Source: Paramecium tetraurelia (lineage: Eukaryota). From it: a stretch of DNA of 64,000 nt. Positions 10,753-24,776 of this stretch are shown one piece after another. The DNA is taken from the NCBI GenBank assembly GCA_000165425.1, contig CT868363.1, positions 124,001 through 188,000 on the forward strand, read 5' to 3'. A program made the position numbers and the translations under genes. Under the pieces are notes generated by a model that saw only the letters and a list, made by a program, of their open reading frames with translations, had not been told where the DNA came from and did not search any database. Every line of letters starts with the position of its first letter. The stretch's first letter is position 1.

Positions 10753-12406
10753 ATGCCTAAATACATTGATGTTTTAACAATCGAATAGGCTTTAATAAAA
10801 GCTGGAAATGGTCACCAATTTCAAAGAAGAGCCCTCATTATCATTGGATTACAGTATATGATTGCAGGAATGCTTCATATAGCTATGACTGAGCTATTCT
10901 TTCATCAATAACAATACAAGTGTCTATCAGAAGATCTGAATTACATGAATTGTACTGAAGGAGCATTTTGTGAATAATATAAAACCAGGGAAAATAAGGT
11001 GTCATTAGTGGATCACTCAGATTTAGGTAGTTTGATCAAATACTTCTTAATGGTGTGTGGGGATAAAATTCAAATATTCATATTGGTCACATCCTATTAT
11101 ATCGGAGGCAGCATGGGTTCCTTGTATTACGGTGAATAAATGGAAATCAGATAAGGCAGATAGTACTCTTCATATATACACTTAGCACTGTAATGATTGA
11201 AACTTTATTAATGATGGGCTTCGTATGTTGCATAAGTATGCTCTCCCCTTCGGCCTATATTTTGAGTGTGGCACTATTCGCAATCAATTTCTTTTCAAGA
11301 GGGTTTTTTAACTCATCGATGATCTTGTTTTTTGAAATATCAAGTGAGAATCTTTAGAAATTTGGACCTGCTCTATTGTTAACATGTTATGGAATTGGTG
11401 AAGTGATATCTCCAAGACTTATAGAGATGTTTAATTTAAATTGGCAATATTCTATGCTCCTATTATTTGGATTGCCAGCAGTGTTATTTTCAGTGTTGAT
11501 CAAATTTATGTAGGAATCCCCAAGAATTCTGGTAATCAGACGTAAATTTGAGGAGGCAAGATTAGCAATCAATTACATTGCAAGTGTAAATGAAAGAGAA
11601 ATGCCAGAAAATTGGATATTAGAAGATGAGGTCAGAATTTAAGAGTTGAAGGATAAAATGAAAAATCTCCTACTCTAAGATGAGATTCATGAATAAGCAA
11701 AAGGATACAACTTTTCTTCTATCTTCAGATATAAATCAATTAGAATTAGAATGTTCTGTCTTCTTTATTTGTATAGCATTGTAGTTTTAGGTTAATTCTA
11801 AACAGCCAAAGAAATAGAGAGATTTTCAAGATTAGAAAGACATCACACCTATCTCCTATTATCATTAGTATCTACTGCTGGTTATTTAATCAGTGGCTAT
11901 GCTTCTCTAAATTATTTAAGGAAAGAAGTAATCAAAGCTATACTAATTTTGGGTGCCATATTTCATTTCTTGATTGCTGCTCTGCCTTTATTAATTTTAA
12001 ATAAAACAGCAAATGATTTAATAACCTTCTATGATAAATTGGTGTACACCTTTATTATGATGGTCCTAGTTATGTGTAGATTGACTCTAAGTTTTGCATA
12101 TGGATTTATCAATGTATTGTTATTTAGAATATTTTTTAGGTCTACGCTTTAGAAATATTCCCTACTTCATTGAGACATTACGGATTTTGTGGACTTACTT
12201 TTTTGACTGAATTTCTATTCATATTCTAGGATTCCTATGTGATCTTTTGCCATGCCTTTGGATTGAATTCATCAATTGGCATGTTTGCTTTATTACTTTT
12301 AGGGTTGTTAACCTTATAGAAATTGAGGGAAACTCAAGATTTACCACTCAAAGAAAATGTAGATGAGATGTAAGATGAGTTAATTAATAACATATTTTCT
12401 GCTTGA
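10753..12406 (+). CDS. Major facilitator superfamily transporter (organic cation/SLC22-like)
   Basis: N-terminal ALIKAGNGHQFQRR, Cys-containing loop ending in FLMVCG, GGSMGSLYYG, ESPRIL, YALEIFPTSLRHYG and LRET motifs, and many hydrophobic helices. TGA at 12404-12406. Confidence 0.85.
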
Positions 12407-12713
12407 CATGTATATACATTTTAGAAATAACATTTATCATCATCTCGATTTCTTAATCTCCCCTAGATTAAGAAGAATGTAATTTTTCTGTTAATTCATA
12501 ATATCATTTTAATACATTTTAGATAGTTATTTGAAATTAAAAAGTACAAATTTTTATTATAAATTATTGAATTAATAAGGAAGGAGTTTCAAGGATGAAT
12601 TGAAACACATTAAAGTCTAAATCCTTAAAGATAGTAATTTTATAATTTAAAAGTCTTTCTTTAAGGAGTGTGTCTAGATGATATAACAATATTAATTAGT
12701 GAAAAATAATATT

Positions 12714-13413
12714 TCACTTCTTCTATTTCTTAATCAATTTTATGTCTTCTGTCAATTTCTAATTATCTTTGAAGATTAAAGATGTCATATTTTTTATTAA
12801 TGTGCCAAACTCAAAAAGCTCTTCTTTTGAATTGTAACTCTTGCCAGCCAACGAGAGGATCTACAATAATTCATTGTATTTATTCTTGAATCTACCCATA
12901 TTCGATATAATTCATATACCTTTCTTATTATAGAACAAACTATGTATGTCCCTCCAATTATTAAATTGTATTTTTCAAAGTAGCCTTCTCACCATCAATC
13001 AAGCCTTAGAATTTCTAAATTTGAACCTGATTCTCAGACTTCTTTAGATTCTCTTAGTTACGCAAAAGTGCTTCATGATGAGCAGATATTTTATTCAGAG
13101 ACTAATATATTACACATTTGTTTTACTTTTTTTAATAAATCCAACACCTCCTTATATTGCATTAACTATTTGTATTCTGGGCCAAAATCTTACTCCTGAG
13201 GATTGAAATAATTTTGTAAATCCTTACATTTTATGATGCATTCTATTATACCTGTTCAGGGTACATCGTAGGCATTGATTCAGGTACTCTTTATCCTCCT
13301 ACTGGAACAGCTGTTGGATTGCCATGATGGAAATTGGCTGAATTTCTATCGAATTACTCTATAAATGCTTCCTCTGATTCAATCAAGTCTTTTTGAAAAT
13401 CACTTTAATCCAT
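12714..13413 (-). CDS. Hypothetical coiled-coil protein
   Basis: MDQSDFQKDLIESEEAFIEQFDRNSANFHHGNPTAVPVGG..., about 3 small introns, ends IKLIKKQKK with TGA at 12714-12716. Confidence 0.65.
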
Positions 13414-13844
13414 TTATAAAAGAAAATAATTATCACAATGTATTCTTAAAAATAAAATTTGAACTCAAATTTTGAAGAATTTAGAATATAAATGATCATC
13501 AAAAAGAATTCTTAAGAATCCTGAATTTATAAAAAACTGATGAGATTATTTGAAATATAAACAAAAATGTACAATCCATAAAGGACCTTACACAAATAAA
13601 TTAATTTATCTAATTTAGAATGATAATGATTGGAAATGTAATTAATAATATATATAATAGATGGAATATTTTATATAATCAAAGAAAGCTTATGGTTTAA
13701 AAATTATGTTCCATAATTTAATATATGTATTCAGTATTGATTTTTGTAATATTAAATAATTGGCTAATAAATTTATATGTTTTATAGATATTGAAAATGG
13801 TGATAAGAATTTTAAACTAAAAATCAAATATATTATTTTCAATC

Positions 13845-14330
13845 TCAATGTTATTGATGAAAACTTTTGGTCTGTCTGTAATTAAAATCTCTGTCCTAGG
13901 TATTTTCAATTTTGCGGATTTCTACTTGTCCTAATAGTTATAAGAAGCTCATGATATCCTCTTTTACAGGCCCATTAGTTCTTATTTTAATTTCATATTA
14001 ATCATCCATTCTATTTGATTCTTACAATAATTATAATCCTTGTTAATTGATATAATTTTGCTTTGATTACTATAAATTTTAGTAATTTATTGATGAAGCT
14101 AAATCAAATGGATTTTCCCCAAGATTAATTTTAACTTCACTCTTAGATTCAAATAAGTTTCTACTGCTCTACTTAGAATTGTCAACTCTATATTTTTATT
14201 CACTATTCTTTTGGCAAGACTTTTAGCCAGATAAAAATTAACTATCCTCACTACTCTAAATTCTTGATGTGTTTCGACTAGTTTGAGATTGAAAATTAAG
14301 TAAATAGTCATAAGCATTCTTAAAATTCAT
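13845..14330 (-). CDS. Hypothetical protein (161 aa, intronless)
   Basis: 486-nt frame open in the ciliate code, MNFKNAYDYLLNFQ...YEIKIRTNGPVKEDIMSFLQLLGQVEIRK...HQQH then TGA. Confidence 0.55.
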
Positions 14331-14514
14331 TTAACGATATAAAAATTTATTAATAAAATAAAACTGCATATTTCTTTAATTTCTATTTAATTGATCATTT
14401 AGTTGAATTAAATAAAGAATTCTTAAGTATTAAAAATTCATATAATGGATATAATTTAGTTTACACATTTAGATCTTAACAATAATAAATTATTTAAAAA
14501 ATACAGAAACGAAC

Positions 14515-16510
14515 TCACTCAAATATACCTGCTTTGTTCAGCATGTCTTATACTTTGTTTGAAACTAAAGGATGATACAGATATTTATCTTCTTCAAACC
14601 ACTACTTTGCTAAATTTCTTAAATAATATTGCATAAAATTACAAGTAATTTTATATCAAAACTTCATAAATTCCAACAATATAAGATCGAACTCCAATAC
14701 TTTATAAAAATTATCTAACAGCCCAAAATGAATCTTCGTATTTACAAAGTACAATAGTTCTATACCATTTAAAACCTATCTATACTCCTTATTTAGCTCC
14801 TGAAAACTTGTAAAAATCATCTAGAGCTTTAATTTTTGAATTAGTTAACTTCTCCCAATTAGACATAATCTACTACATAAAAATAGTTTATTGGTTTGGC
14901 ATGTAGTCATTGTATTCATTTGCATTTTAAGGCTACTCATTATTTTATATCCAAGCATTTGCCAAAGATATAGCCTATTGATATTTTGGAGTAGTTTAAG
15001 AGAATTATCTTGGTGGTAATCCTAAATTATAATTATATTATACCCAAATCATACACCCATGGTTTGTAAATTAGAATAATCTCATTAATAATTGCCTATT
15101 GATTATCCTATATATTTTATCTGACCCATCTTAACAGATACTTGTAAAAGTCATCTTCATCTATACTCTGAAATTTAAAGTAATCTAAATAGGATCTTAG
15201 AAAGAATTTAAAATTCTCTTCTCCAATTAATTATTCAAGGTAATAGAGCAATTGGTATCCTTTTTCATAGGGAACCAACGAGAAAGAATCATTGGGGTTT
15301 TTCCAAGCAGTATTTGGATGCAAAGATTTATAGGTTATTTTCTCTGGATCAACAAAACCTTCAATATCTTCAATCATATCAATATTTCCATTTATTGCTT
15401 CAATTACATCATAATCTTTTGGTCTTACAAATTAATAAGTCTTCCTCTCTAAGAAAACACATAAACTCTCCATTATCCATAAATTGGACCAATTATTGCC
15501 AGTCACAGTATTGCCCATCCAAGAATGAGCTATTTCATGTATAGCTATGCCAACACCACTTTTATCTCCTACAATCATCATCGGACTTGCAAAGGTTAAT
15601 AATGGATGTTCCATTCCTCCGAAAGGACAAGATTAGGGCAGTACCACTATCTTATACTCTCCCCAGATATATGGACCTATGTATTCAGACATTTTTTCAA
15701 GAAAGAAGGGGAGTTCTTCTAATTCCTTTGCATAGCCCTCTAAAAAGTGAGGCTCAGAAATAACATAACAATTTCCTCCCACATTCCTTTATTCAACCTC
15801 TCCTGCCACTATTCCTATTAAATATGCAGGAATAGGAATATCTAATTTAAAAGAGTATTAGTATAATCTAGTTTCTTCATATTGCCCAATCAACTATAGA
15901 GAATCTACTTAGTGACCGGTCATAAACACTTTAATTAGAGGGTCTTTGCTCAAGACTGTGGATGAATAAGTAAACTTAACACTAGGTGTGTCTTAGAGAG
16001 GCATTAGTGATCTACATTTTATAGCTTCACATTATGAAAACATATAAGGAACCTTCTTACTTTAAGTCTATTCTTTTGTTAAAAAACCTGCAGCCCTTGC
16101 CTTATCTGTATAGGCATATTTAATTCTGATTATCAGATTTTCTAAGGCTTTGTATTATCGATCAAGCTTTATTACTAGCTTGTCTCCTTACACAAGAGTT
16201 TAATTTCGAATAACTTGTATCTAAAATTCAAGAGGATTTCCATTCAATAGATAAACATTAAACACATCCAACAAATAGATATCCAAATCAATCTTTGTTT
16301 ATAGTATTAAACTTATACATGATCTACATTCCTTAACACTTTTATTTGATATTCTGCTGTTGCATTCACTAACTTATTATCTAAATCTAGTAGCCACTCC
16401 AAATGCAAATGATTAATTCTCACCTCTAAATAATTACTAAATGTATTTAGATCCAAGTCACTTGAAATGCAACTTAAAACAAGAGTAGAAATGATTAAAT
16501 ATTTTATCAT
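14515..16510 (-). CDS. M1-family zinc aminopeptidase (leukotriene-A4-hydrolase-like) with signal peptide
   Basis: MIKYLIISTLVLSCISS followed by DLNTFSNY, GGMEHP, HEIAH-x18-E, PYEKG catalytic Tyr, and C-terminal LYHPLVS. TGA at 14515-14517. Confidence 0.9.
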
Positions 16511-16929
16511 ATTTATTATTCTTTTTATTCTTAAATTTAAATAAAATAATCTTAATAATAAGTAAGTCATTTGTTTTAATATAAATGAATTGAACAATAC
16601 AATTTATTCAATTAGATGAAGTAATTCATTCAATTTTAATTGTTTCTATTAATTTTCAAAGTCCATAATTTTGCAATTTAATAAATTATAAATTTCAAAA
16701 AATGTTGAATATAACTTTAAACATATTAAAATCCTTCATTTTAACTATAATCCTTCTCAATAATAAATCATTTTTGTAAATTTTCAACCAATTTATGAAA
16801 TAAAATTAAATTGTATTTTGTCTAAGTATCCTATTACAAATAATTTATGAAAAATATGTAAATTTTCTCACGCATATGATTGTTATTAATCTTAATATAT
16901 TAATTCTTTGATAAATAATTATATAATTT

Positions 16930-18018
16930 ATGAATTTAGGTTTTTCCTAAAAATCAGATTCTATGTCAATAACATTGAAAAAAGGTTTGCTATTTGAAAT
17001 TATATAAAGTACTTGATGAGTTTACGCAATTAAATGAAACAACAAAAGAACATTATGCTGTGATTTTAATTAAGGTGATGATTAATTTGATCACAAATAG
17101 CAAAGGTATTTCCATAATTTAATCAAGAAATGACTATGTAAGGTCTAACACATGAGATTAAGACAGCTGGAGAATATTTAATCAATAATGCACAAGCTGG
17201 TCATGGCAGGTCAGAGTTAGTATTAAGATCAACTCAGACCATTTATTAACATTATATTAGTAAAGGTTTGCAACACTCACAAGCCGATGGCATGGAAGCA
17301 TTGAAATCTTCTCTCTTAGAAATTTCATAGGAGCTAATCGACATTATAATTCGTTCTAAAGATAACATTAAGACCCAATGTTTGAAATTCTTTAATAATA
17401 GATTTGTATATAAGAATTTTAACTTTAGAAAGTCTTAGTAGTTGGATATTCAAATGTTGTCATCTATTCTTTGATAGAAGCATTCAAGGCTGGGATAGTT
17501 ATGCAAATATACATTCCTGAAAGCAGACCGAAATCAGAAGGAATAGAGACATATAGATAGTTGACTGAAATTGGATATCCTTGTAAATTAATATTTGACT
17601 CTGCCATTGGATAAGTCATGGAAAACATAGATATGGTCTTGACAGGAGCTGAAGCAGTTGTTGAGAATGGTGGTATAATCAACAGAGTTGGAACCTATAC
17701 AACAGCTATTTGTGCCAAATTTTAAAAGAAACCATTTTATGTTTTAGCTGAAAGTTTCAAATTTACTCGTTTGTTCCCTCTATCATAAAAAGATTTAAGT
17801 GATTCAATCAGATATAGCTAAGAAGAACCACTATTTTCAGATAAATTGAAATTGCCAGAAAATTTGGATGTAATATTTTAGTATCTAATGAATAATAGCT
17901 TATTAATCCTTTGTGTGATTATACTCCTCCAGATTTGATAACATTATTATTTACGGATTTAGGAGTCTTTACGCCATCTGCTGTTTCAGAAGAATTGATT
18001 TAAATATTTAACACCTGA
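16930..18018 (+). CDS. EIF2B1: Translation initiation factor eIF2B alpha subunit
   Basis: [51 protein letters not shown] and [28 protein letters not shown] motifs; several tiny introns. Confidence 0.88.
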
Positions 18019-18063
18019 GAAATAAGATTATGATTTTATGTAAATATATACAAATGCAAAAAT

Positions 18064-21000
18064 TCATTAATATAATTTAAATACTTTCTAGAAATATTTT
18101 AGATAATGAAATTATGTTTTCAATCTTATACTAATTTAATCTGTATAAAGAGATATATATTTATAGAGTTTCAAATTTAATAAACAAAATCCTTTAAATC
18201 CATTCTTAACAATTTCACAAATTGTCCTTATTAGTTCAGGAATTCCTTCAAGGAGTTTATATCTATTTCAATCTAGTTATTTTCATTTGTTAGGAATGTG
18301 CTTACTATTTTTTTAAAGTTTTATTTCAAATTTTAAATCTCATTATCTTTTAATTTACCTATCATATACATTTTTTCTTAGAGTTTTATACAAAAAATCC
18401 TTTTGATCTTTTTTTATAATTCAACTTTGATTTCTTATTTTCTAATTTGCCCTTGATAAGCTTGATAATAATCAATTGATAATGTTCTAATTGTTTAAAA
18501 TTAAAAAATTGCATTTTAGATATACTTTACATAGTTTTCATCTTTTTCTTCATAATAAATTACACAATTTTCATTATTACTCTAAATTATAAAAGACTAT
18601 TCATAACCTTAAATAAGTACTCGATTTAATAAATTTTGTGAAAAAGAGACAATTTAGTCTCCTTGTATTGACTTAGGAACATCAACTTGAGCAGGTTAAG
18701 TCTTTCGATTGTCACTAGCTATGATTACTTTTTTGTGCACCGAATCATAAATGCCATTTAAAAGGCCAAAACCCACAAATTCAAAGGCATTATTTGGTTT
18801 TAACAGTTTAAAAATTTTAGCTTAAATTACATTTGAATTTACCTTATAGATTCTAAGCTATAATTTTATGTTGTGGTTCTTGCAGCAAGTAAATTCCCTT
18901 ATCATCAGAATACTTAAGATTATTTAATACTCTAAAAGAGATTTTATTCACAAATTGACTATAATTTTCATTCCTAAATGTATAAGAATTTCTTTATTAG
19001 GTAGATTTTGTTTCAATTGCTAAATAAATTACCTATTTTCGTGAACCTACATATAATCCACCATCAATGTTTGTTTTGGCTAATTTAAAATTGATAAGTC
19101 TTCTATAATGATCAAATTTGAATTTCTTTTAAAGCTTAAGTACAGCTTTTTCATGTGCTTTAGTATAAACTTTTAAGACAATTTCATTTTTCCATTGAAC
19201 TAAATATCCTTTTAAATACTTCTATGGCTTTTTAAGTGTTTTCTCTACATTTTCAACCTTAAAGTAAGCTGGCTTAACTTTTATATCATCTACTTCTGCC
19301 TTTGCCTAAAATAATTACTATTCTTTGTTGATAAGGATATTGATCAATATTAAAGCCCCATTGGTCTTATTGATTCCTGATATTGCACCTACAAATTCAT
19401 ACAAATATGGTTTTGTTAGTGAAACTAAATATTAATTAGAATAATTACTTTCTTAATCAGAATCAATGTTTTCCTTCATCAAATCCGGCAATTACAAACT
19501 GGTTTATTTACTATAATTTTTATGCTCCTTAAATGGGACCTGTAGAAAATTACTCTGAGATTTAACATCAGAAAAAGTTTAATTGTTTTATTATTAATGC
19601 AGTTAATCTTGATTCTATTTCGATTCTACCTGAAAATCAGAGTTTGAATTAGGAGCAGAGCTTTCACTTTTCTTCTACTCCTCTTTTTGATCATCTTCAT
19701 CCTCTTCTATAATAGTTTGATTAACTGAAGGTTTATCTTTATCTTTATTTTTAACACTATTATCTCCTTATTAATGTTAATAATTATCTGCTTCATTAGT
19801 TTTCAAAGTATCCTAAACAGAATTATTCATACTACTTTCATTATATTGTAATGTAAAATCTAGATTTTAGTTATTTTCTTTTGTTTAAATTTATTGTTAT
19901 TTTTAATCCTCAATAGTCTCAATCTCCTCAATCTCCTCAACTGCCTTGTCTAAATCTTATTAAGATTGCAATTTTTAAGAAGAAAGGACATTAATATTAA
20001 ATTATCCAGTCTTATTTACTTTATCAACATCATCACTTCCATTTTTACTCTCCTATTGACCCTCACTATATTGAATTTCTTCAACTGCTGATTATTGTTC
20101 CTGTTTAGTATTTCCTTCGCTTGGCTATTTTTCAAAGTTAACTTCTTCTACAACTTATTCCTCAATTAAAGGAATTTCTTAAAAAGGTTGTTAATTTAAT
20201 TCTTAATTGACTTAAGCTGATTTTTATACTACTATTGAGTCTGTATTAAATGATTGAATATCAGCTATAGAGGTTGGCAATTATAAATGTGAAATGCTCT
20301 CTTCAAATTTAATAAAAAATTCATAAATTTTCAATTGATTAACATCAAACCTTAATGAATTATGTTTGTCGATTATTTTAATTTCAATGTCTAATAAATT
20401 ACTTTGAATAATGAGTTATTATTAATTGATTTGAGTAAATTATGATAGTCTGGTTTCTATATTATCTAAAGTATCTTTAGTCATTGGAATGGTGGATTAA
20501 AGTGTTAAAATTAATATGTGCTATAACTTTTCATTTAGGTTTGAACACTTCCTCTGAGATTTTCGTAAAGTGTAAAAATCTATAAAGACAATATCAATAT
20601 AATTGATATCTGATTGATAGAAACCGAGAAACAAAATACCATTATGAAGATTGTTTTTCTCATCTATAAGTTTAGAGTACTATTATTCAGTGACCATAGA
20701 ATATTTTGATTATAACTTTTAAATTCTCTCATTACATTTTCTTACACTATTTTTCCAACATCTTTGTAAAGATTAAACTGCTTGTAATTTTTGATCTTCT
20801 TCTAAATGCTTAACTTTTTCTTGAATTATTTCTTCAACTTAATTTTCAACATTCTATTGATTTTACTATTATTATTATTAATTAACTTCATTAATTTCTT
20901 CTGTGATTTCTTCTAAATCTTCAATCTGCTTACATGACATATTTTATTAAAAATAATTGTTTTTGATTGATGAATCCTATTCAAATTCTAATTTTCTTGT

Positions 21001-22757
21001 TGAACTCTATATAGTTTCATCTTAAAATCCCTTTTATTCAAGAGTGGTAGTAAATGACATCCTTTTCTCTTCTTTGTTTATCTCTTATTTTAGATTTTAA
21101 TCATTAGTATTAATTTAATGGCTCAATTGGTTTTCTTCTTCTGTTTTTATTACTCTGTTTTATTCTTATATAGTAACTAAAGGCTATGGTTCACTTTCAT
21201 TTAAAGCTTCTTATATTTATGGATCTGTATTAAAAAGTTACTTCATCTATTCTGTTGATGATTTCATTTCTCTTGAAGTTTAGTTTGAGTTCTTTTATTA
21301 CTTCTACTACTGAATCTATTAATTAATATATCGAAAAGCCTCCAATTTTTGTAACTCTCTTTGCTTTTAATCTTGAATTCTTTTCAATTCCTCTTGTTCT
21401 TTTTATGCTTGCTTATATTATATAATGAATTATTACTGTTTATAAATTTTAGATGCACTGTTACAATGACTTGGTCTATTCTAATTTCTCCACTTCAAAC
21501 TTTGCATTTTCCTCACTATATTGATTTAAAGTACGATTGGTAGCAGACAGCTGTTTTCTGAAAGTAGGTGCGTCTCTTCGAGTGAAATCAAATGATTTTA
21601 ATTTAGGAACTTGGGTTTGATTCATAATGGCTGATTGTGGTCTAAGGGTATGACCTGACATTTTAGATTCTGATTAAAAGAGCCTTTCAGTGACATTTTT
21701 GACTGTGTCTGATGGTTTGCTCCTTAAGACACTTTGAGCATATTGGCTTGTGACATTTGCTCTGATTTGGAATTTGTGATTCAAAGATGTAATGGCAATT
21801 TTTTACCCTTCTGCTATTGCCAATTGTCGAGCAAATTCTTCATATATATTTTTAAGTTGAAGTGTTAGATAATGATGGATTCCCAAGTTATCCTCGGCTA
21901 CTTTGAATGCTGATGCATAAGCCTGTAATGCAAACTAATATCTTTGAAAATATTATTCCTAAACTCCGACATTGTAGAAGGAGATGGCCAAGGAACTTAC
22001 GCATCGTTGAAATTTGAATGCTTGCATGGATACATGATTTTTGATATAGTATTAGTATTCTTTATGACTTTCGGTAACTGCTTTCTTAGCATTTTCTAAA
22101 GCGCCCTCATGTCTAATTACTAATAAAGTTGAAATTATACTCTTCCACCAGAGATAATACTACAGACAAGTTTAGGTGGGTCACTGCAACCTCTTTCAAC
22201 CCATATTTTTTAATTAAAGCCAAAGCGCATTCCAATTCGTTTAGAGCTTTTTCCAATTATCCTACTCTTCTGTAATAACAGCCAAGTCCATTTAGAATCT
22301 GAACTCTTAGGTAACTTTATTATTTCGGTGTCAATCCCTTAAACATCTAATCACAGCCCAGAAGCAGTAGCAATGCTGAAGATGGATCATTCTCTAAAAT
22401 TGACATAGCACTTGATACAACCAATAATGTAACTTTCATTACCAATTATACTTGAGATTATTAGCCCAAATATTTTTTCCCATCAAAAACCACTACGATG
22501 ATATGATCAATAATAATACTTTAGTTTAATATTAAAATAGCTTGATTTATTTGGTGATTATTGATAAGCTGCAAAGCCTCGTTCAAAATTGGGTCATCAT
22601 GACAATCCAATTCTTGGCCAATTTGATTGATGTCCCAAATAGCATTAATTGTATTACTTTAAGGAGTTGCTATCCCTGAAAATCTTTGGATTGAATGCCC
22701 TGATACATTCGATACTGAGCGTATTTATATTTTTGATTAAAGTTATTTGATAAACAT
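18064..22757 (-). CDS. Large TPR-repeat / coiled-coil / IQ-motif protein (~1,500 aa)
   Basis: TPR-like segments LNGLGCYYRRVGQLEKAL, THLNLSVVLS, HEGALENAKKA and AISFYNVGVQEQY. Continuous frame through an E/Q-rich region; IQ-like AVQSLQRCWK and AVLKLQKKFK. Ends are approximate. Confidence 0.65.
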
Positions 22758-23189
22758 AATTAATGAGTGAATTAATTACTAAATTTAACAAAAATGTTGT
22801 TTTGAAGTAGAGATCTATGAAACCTTAATAAAAACTCTAGAAAACAAACAATTAATGCTGTTTAAAGATTTTATCTTAAGTTTTCAATTAATTTTCTCCA
22901 TTTATAATTTTGCCATTGTACTATCTATTCTTAATGCTTCTCTTATGGATAGCCTATTGAATTATATCTCAATAGGCTATCCATTTATACAAATGATAGA
23001 GTCGATTATACCAATTAATTATATAATAAATAGGAACTGGGATAGGAAGGATAACTTATGGTTTAAAAGGTGGTTAACTTAGGGATTTAATGTTAATAAA
23101 ATAATAATTGTGAGGTTAAGTCATCAAAATATGAATAATTTAATAAATAGACAAATACAATCCAATATCATATAAATAATATAATTATG

Positions 23190-24776
23190 TCATGCAATCG
23201 ATAACATAATTTACAAGAACTCTTCTTGAGTAATTTATCCATCTCCATCTTAATCTAATTGCTTTGATAATTGATCAAGCTTTTCTTTGGGGACTGCCAT
23301 GTCTCTCAATAATTTCTTTACTTCTAATTTGCTTAATTATCCACTATGATCTCTATCGATTTATTGAAATAAAATGAGTAATTTTTCCCTGTTGAAGTAT
23401 TTTTTTTGATCTATAGTTGCCAACACAAACTCTAACATTTAGATATAATTCAATACCTTGGTAATCAATTCTTCCACTGCCATTTTGATCAATTTTCGAG
23501 AATATGGCTTCCACCTCTTAATTAGCTTATTCTGATGAGTACATAGTAGTGTAAACTGTTAAGAGTTCTTGCTTTGTTAGTTACCCATCCTTATTTAAAT
23601 CAAATTTTTGGAATTCTTCCATTAGTTTTTTCTTATCCTGTTCTTACAACATGTTTTCTGCTATATAATTGAGCATAGCATTCTGCATTTATGATTATTA
23701 CTACAATGATAAAGAATCTAAATACTTTGAAGTCTTTCATCTACTTGGAGAGTTGCTTATTAGGCTTGGTCATTATTTTTGCTCTGTTCAGAAATATTGG
23801 ATGATTGATCACTTCTGCTGCGGTCGGACGAACTTGTGGATTGGTACTAAGCATTTTGCTGACTAGTTGTTTCATGTCTGGGTTGATGTTGGTCCACTCT
23901 GAGCCTTCGAAATTGACAATTCCTCTTTGTATTGCCGTTTTTAAGGCCTGGACATCCCTTGATTAAAATGGCATATGAGAGGTCAAAAAGAAGTACAAGA
24001 GACATCCACACGACCAGATGTCGGATTTAAATGATGCGAGGTTTGATTATTTCAAGGCTTCAGGAGATTTAAAGGAGATCTCTTGAATACCTCCATTGGG
24101 TCTCCATTATAGGCAGGTTGATTTAAAGGAACTAGGGATGCCATAGTCTATTAGCTTGATGTTCTACATGTTTTTGTCTGTAAACACAATACTTTCGAGT
24201 TGAATATTACTAAAATGCCACAACTTAACATACCCATGCGCAATCCCTTTATTGTGCAGGAATTGGACTCCTGCCATGATCTAACAGAAGACATCAAACA
24301 TATTGTGTTGTTGTAGTTGGCTGAAATTATCCAAGCGGGATAATAGATTGCCTCCATCACAAAAATCACTCACTAAGTATAATTTATTATCATTGTAATA
24401 GTATGATGATTGGCTGACTAAGTTTAAATGTTTCTTAAATATATGATAAGTCTTACAATTTGCAAGAGTTGGTTCACTATCTTCTCGAACTCCTACTTTT
24501 CAGTAGTAGTGAGATTTAAACAATTATAAACCTTTACTATTCGACTGGCATTATTGCTTTTCGAAACCGCTTTCTTTATGTAATTTCTTCTAGCTATTTT
24601 ATTTCTCAAATGAATAACATACTTATTAACGGGTCCAAGGTGTGGAATATATAATCTGAATCGATTTTTTCAGTTTCTTACATCAGTGAAATCGAGGGAA
24701 TAGCCTCCTTAGAATGAGAGCAAGGAGAGTTTTGTTTGCTATGTGGTTTTTCTGGTTTAGCTGCAGCACAACCCAT
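23190..24776 (-). CDS. Calcium-dependent protein kinase (CDPK)-like protein with a degenerate kinase domain and 4 EF-hands
   Basis: MGCAAAK acylation motif; kinase subdomains FCDGGNL, HGNIQLES, IKLIDYG, SPE and SDIWSCG; EF-hands DLNKDGQLTKQE, DQNGSGRIDYQE, DRDHSGQLSKLE and DQDGDGQITQEE. Confidence 0.85.
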
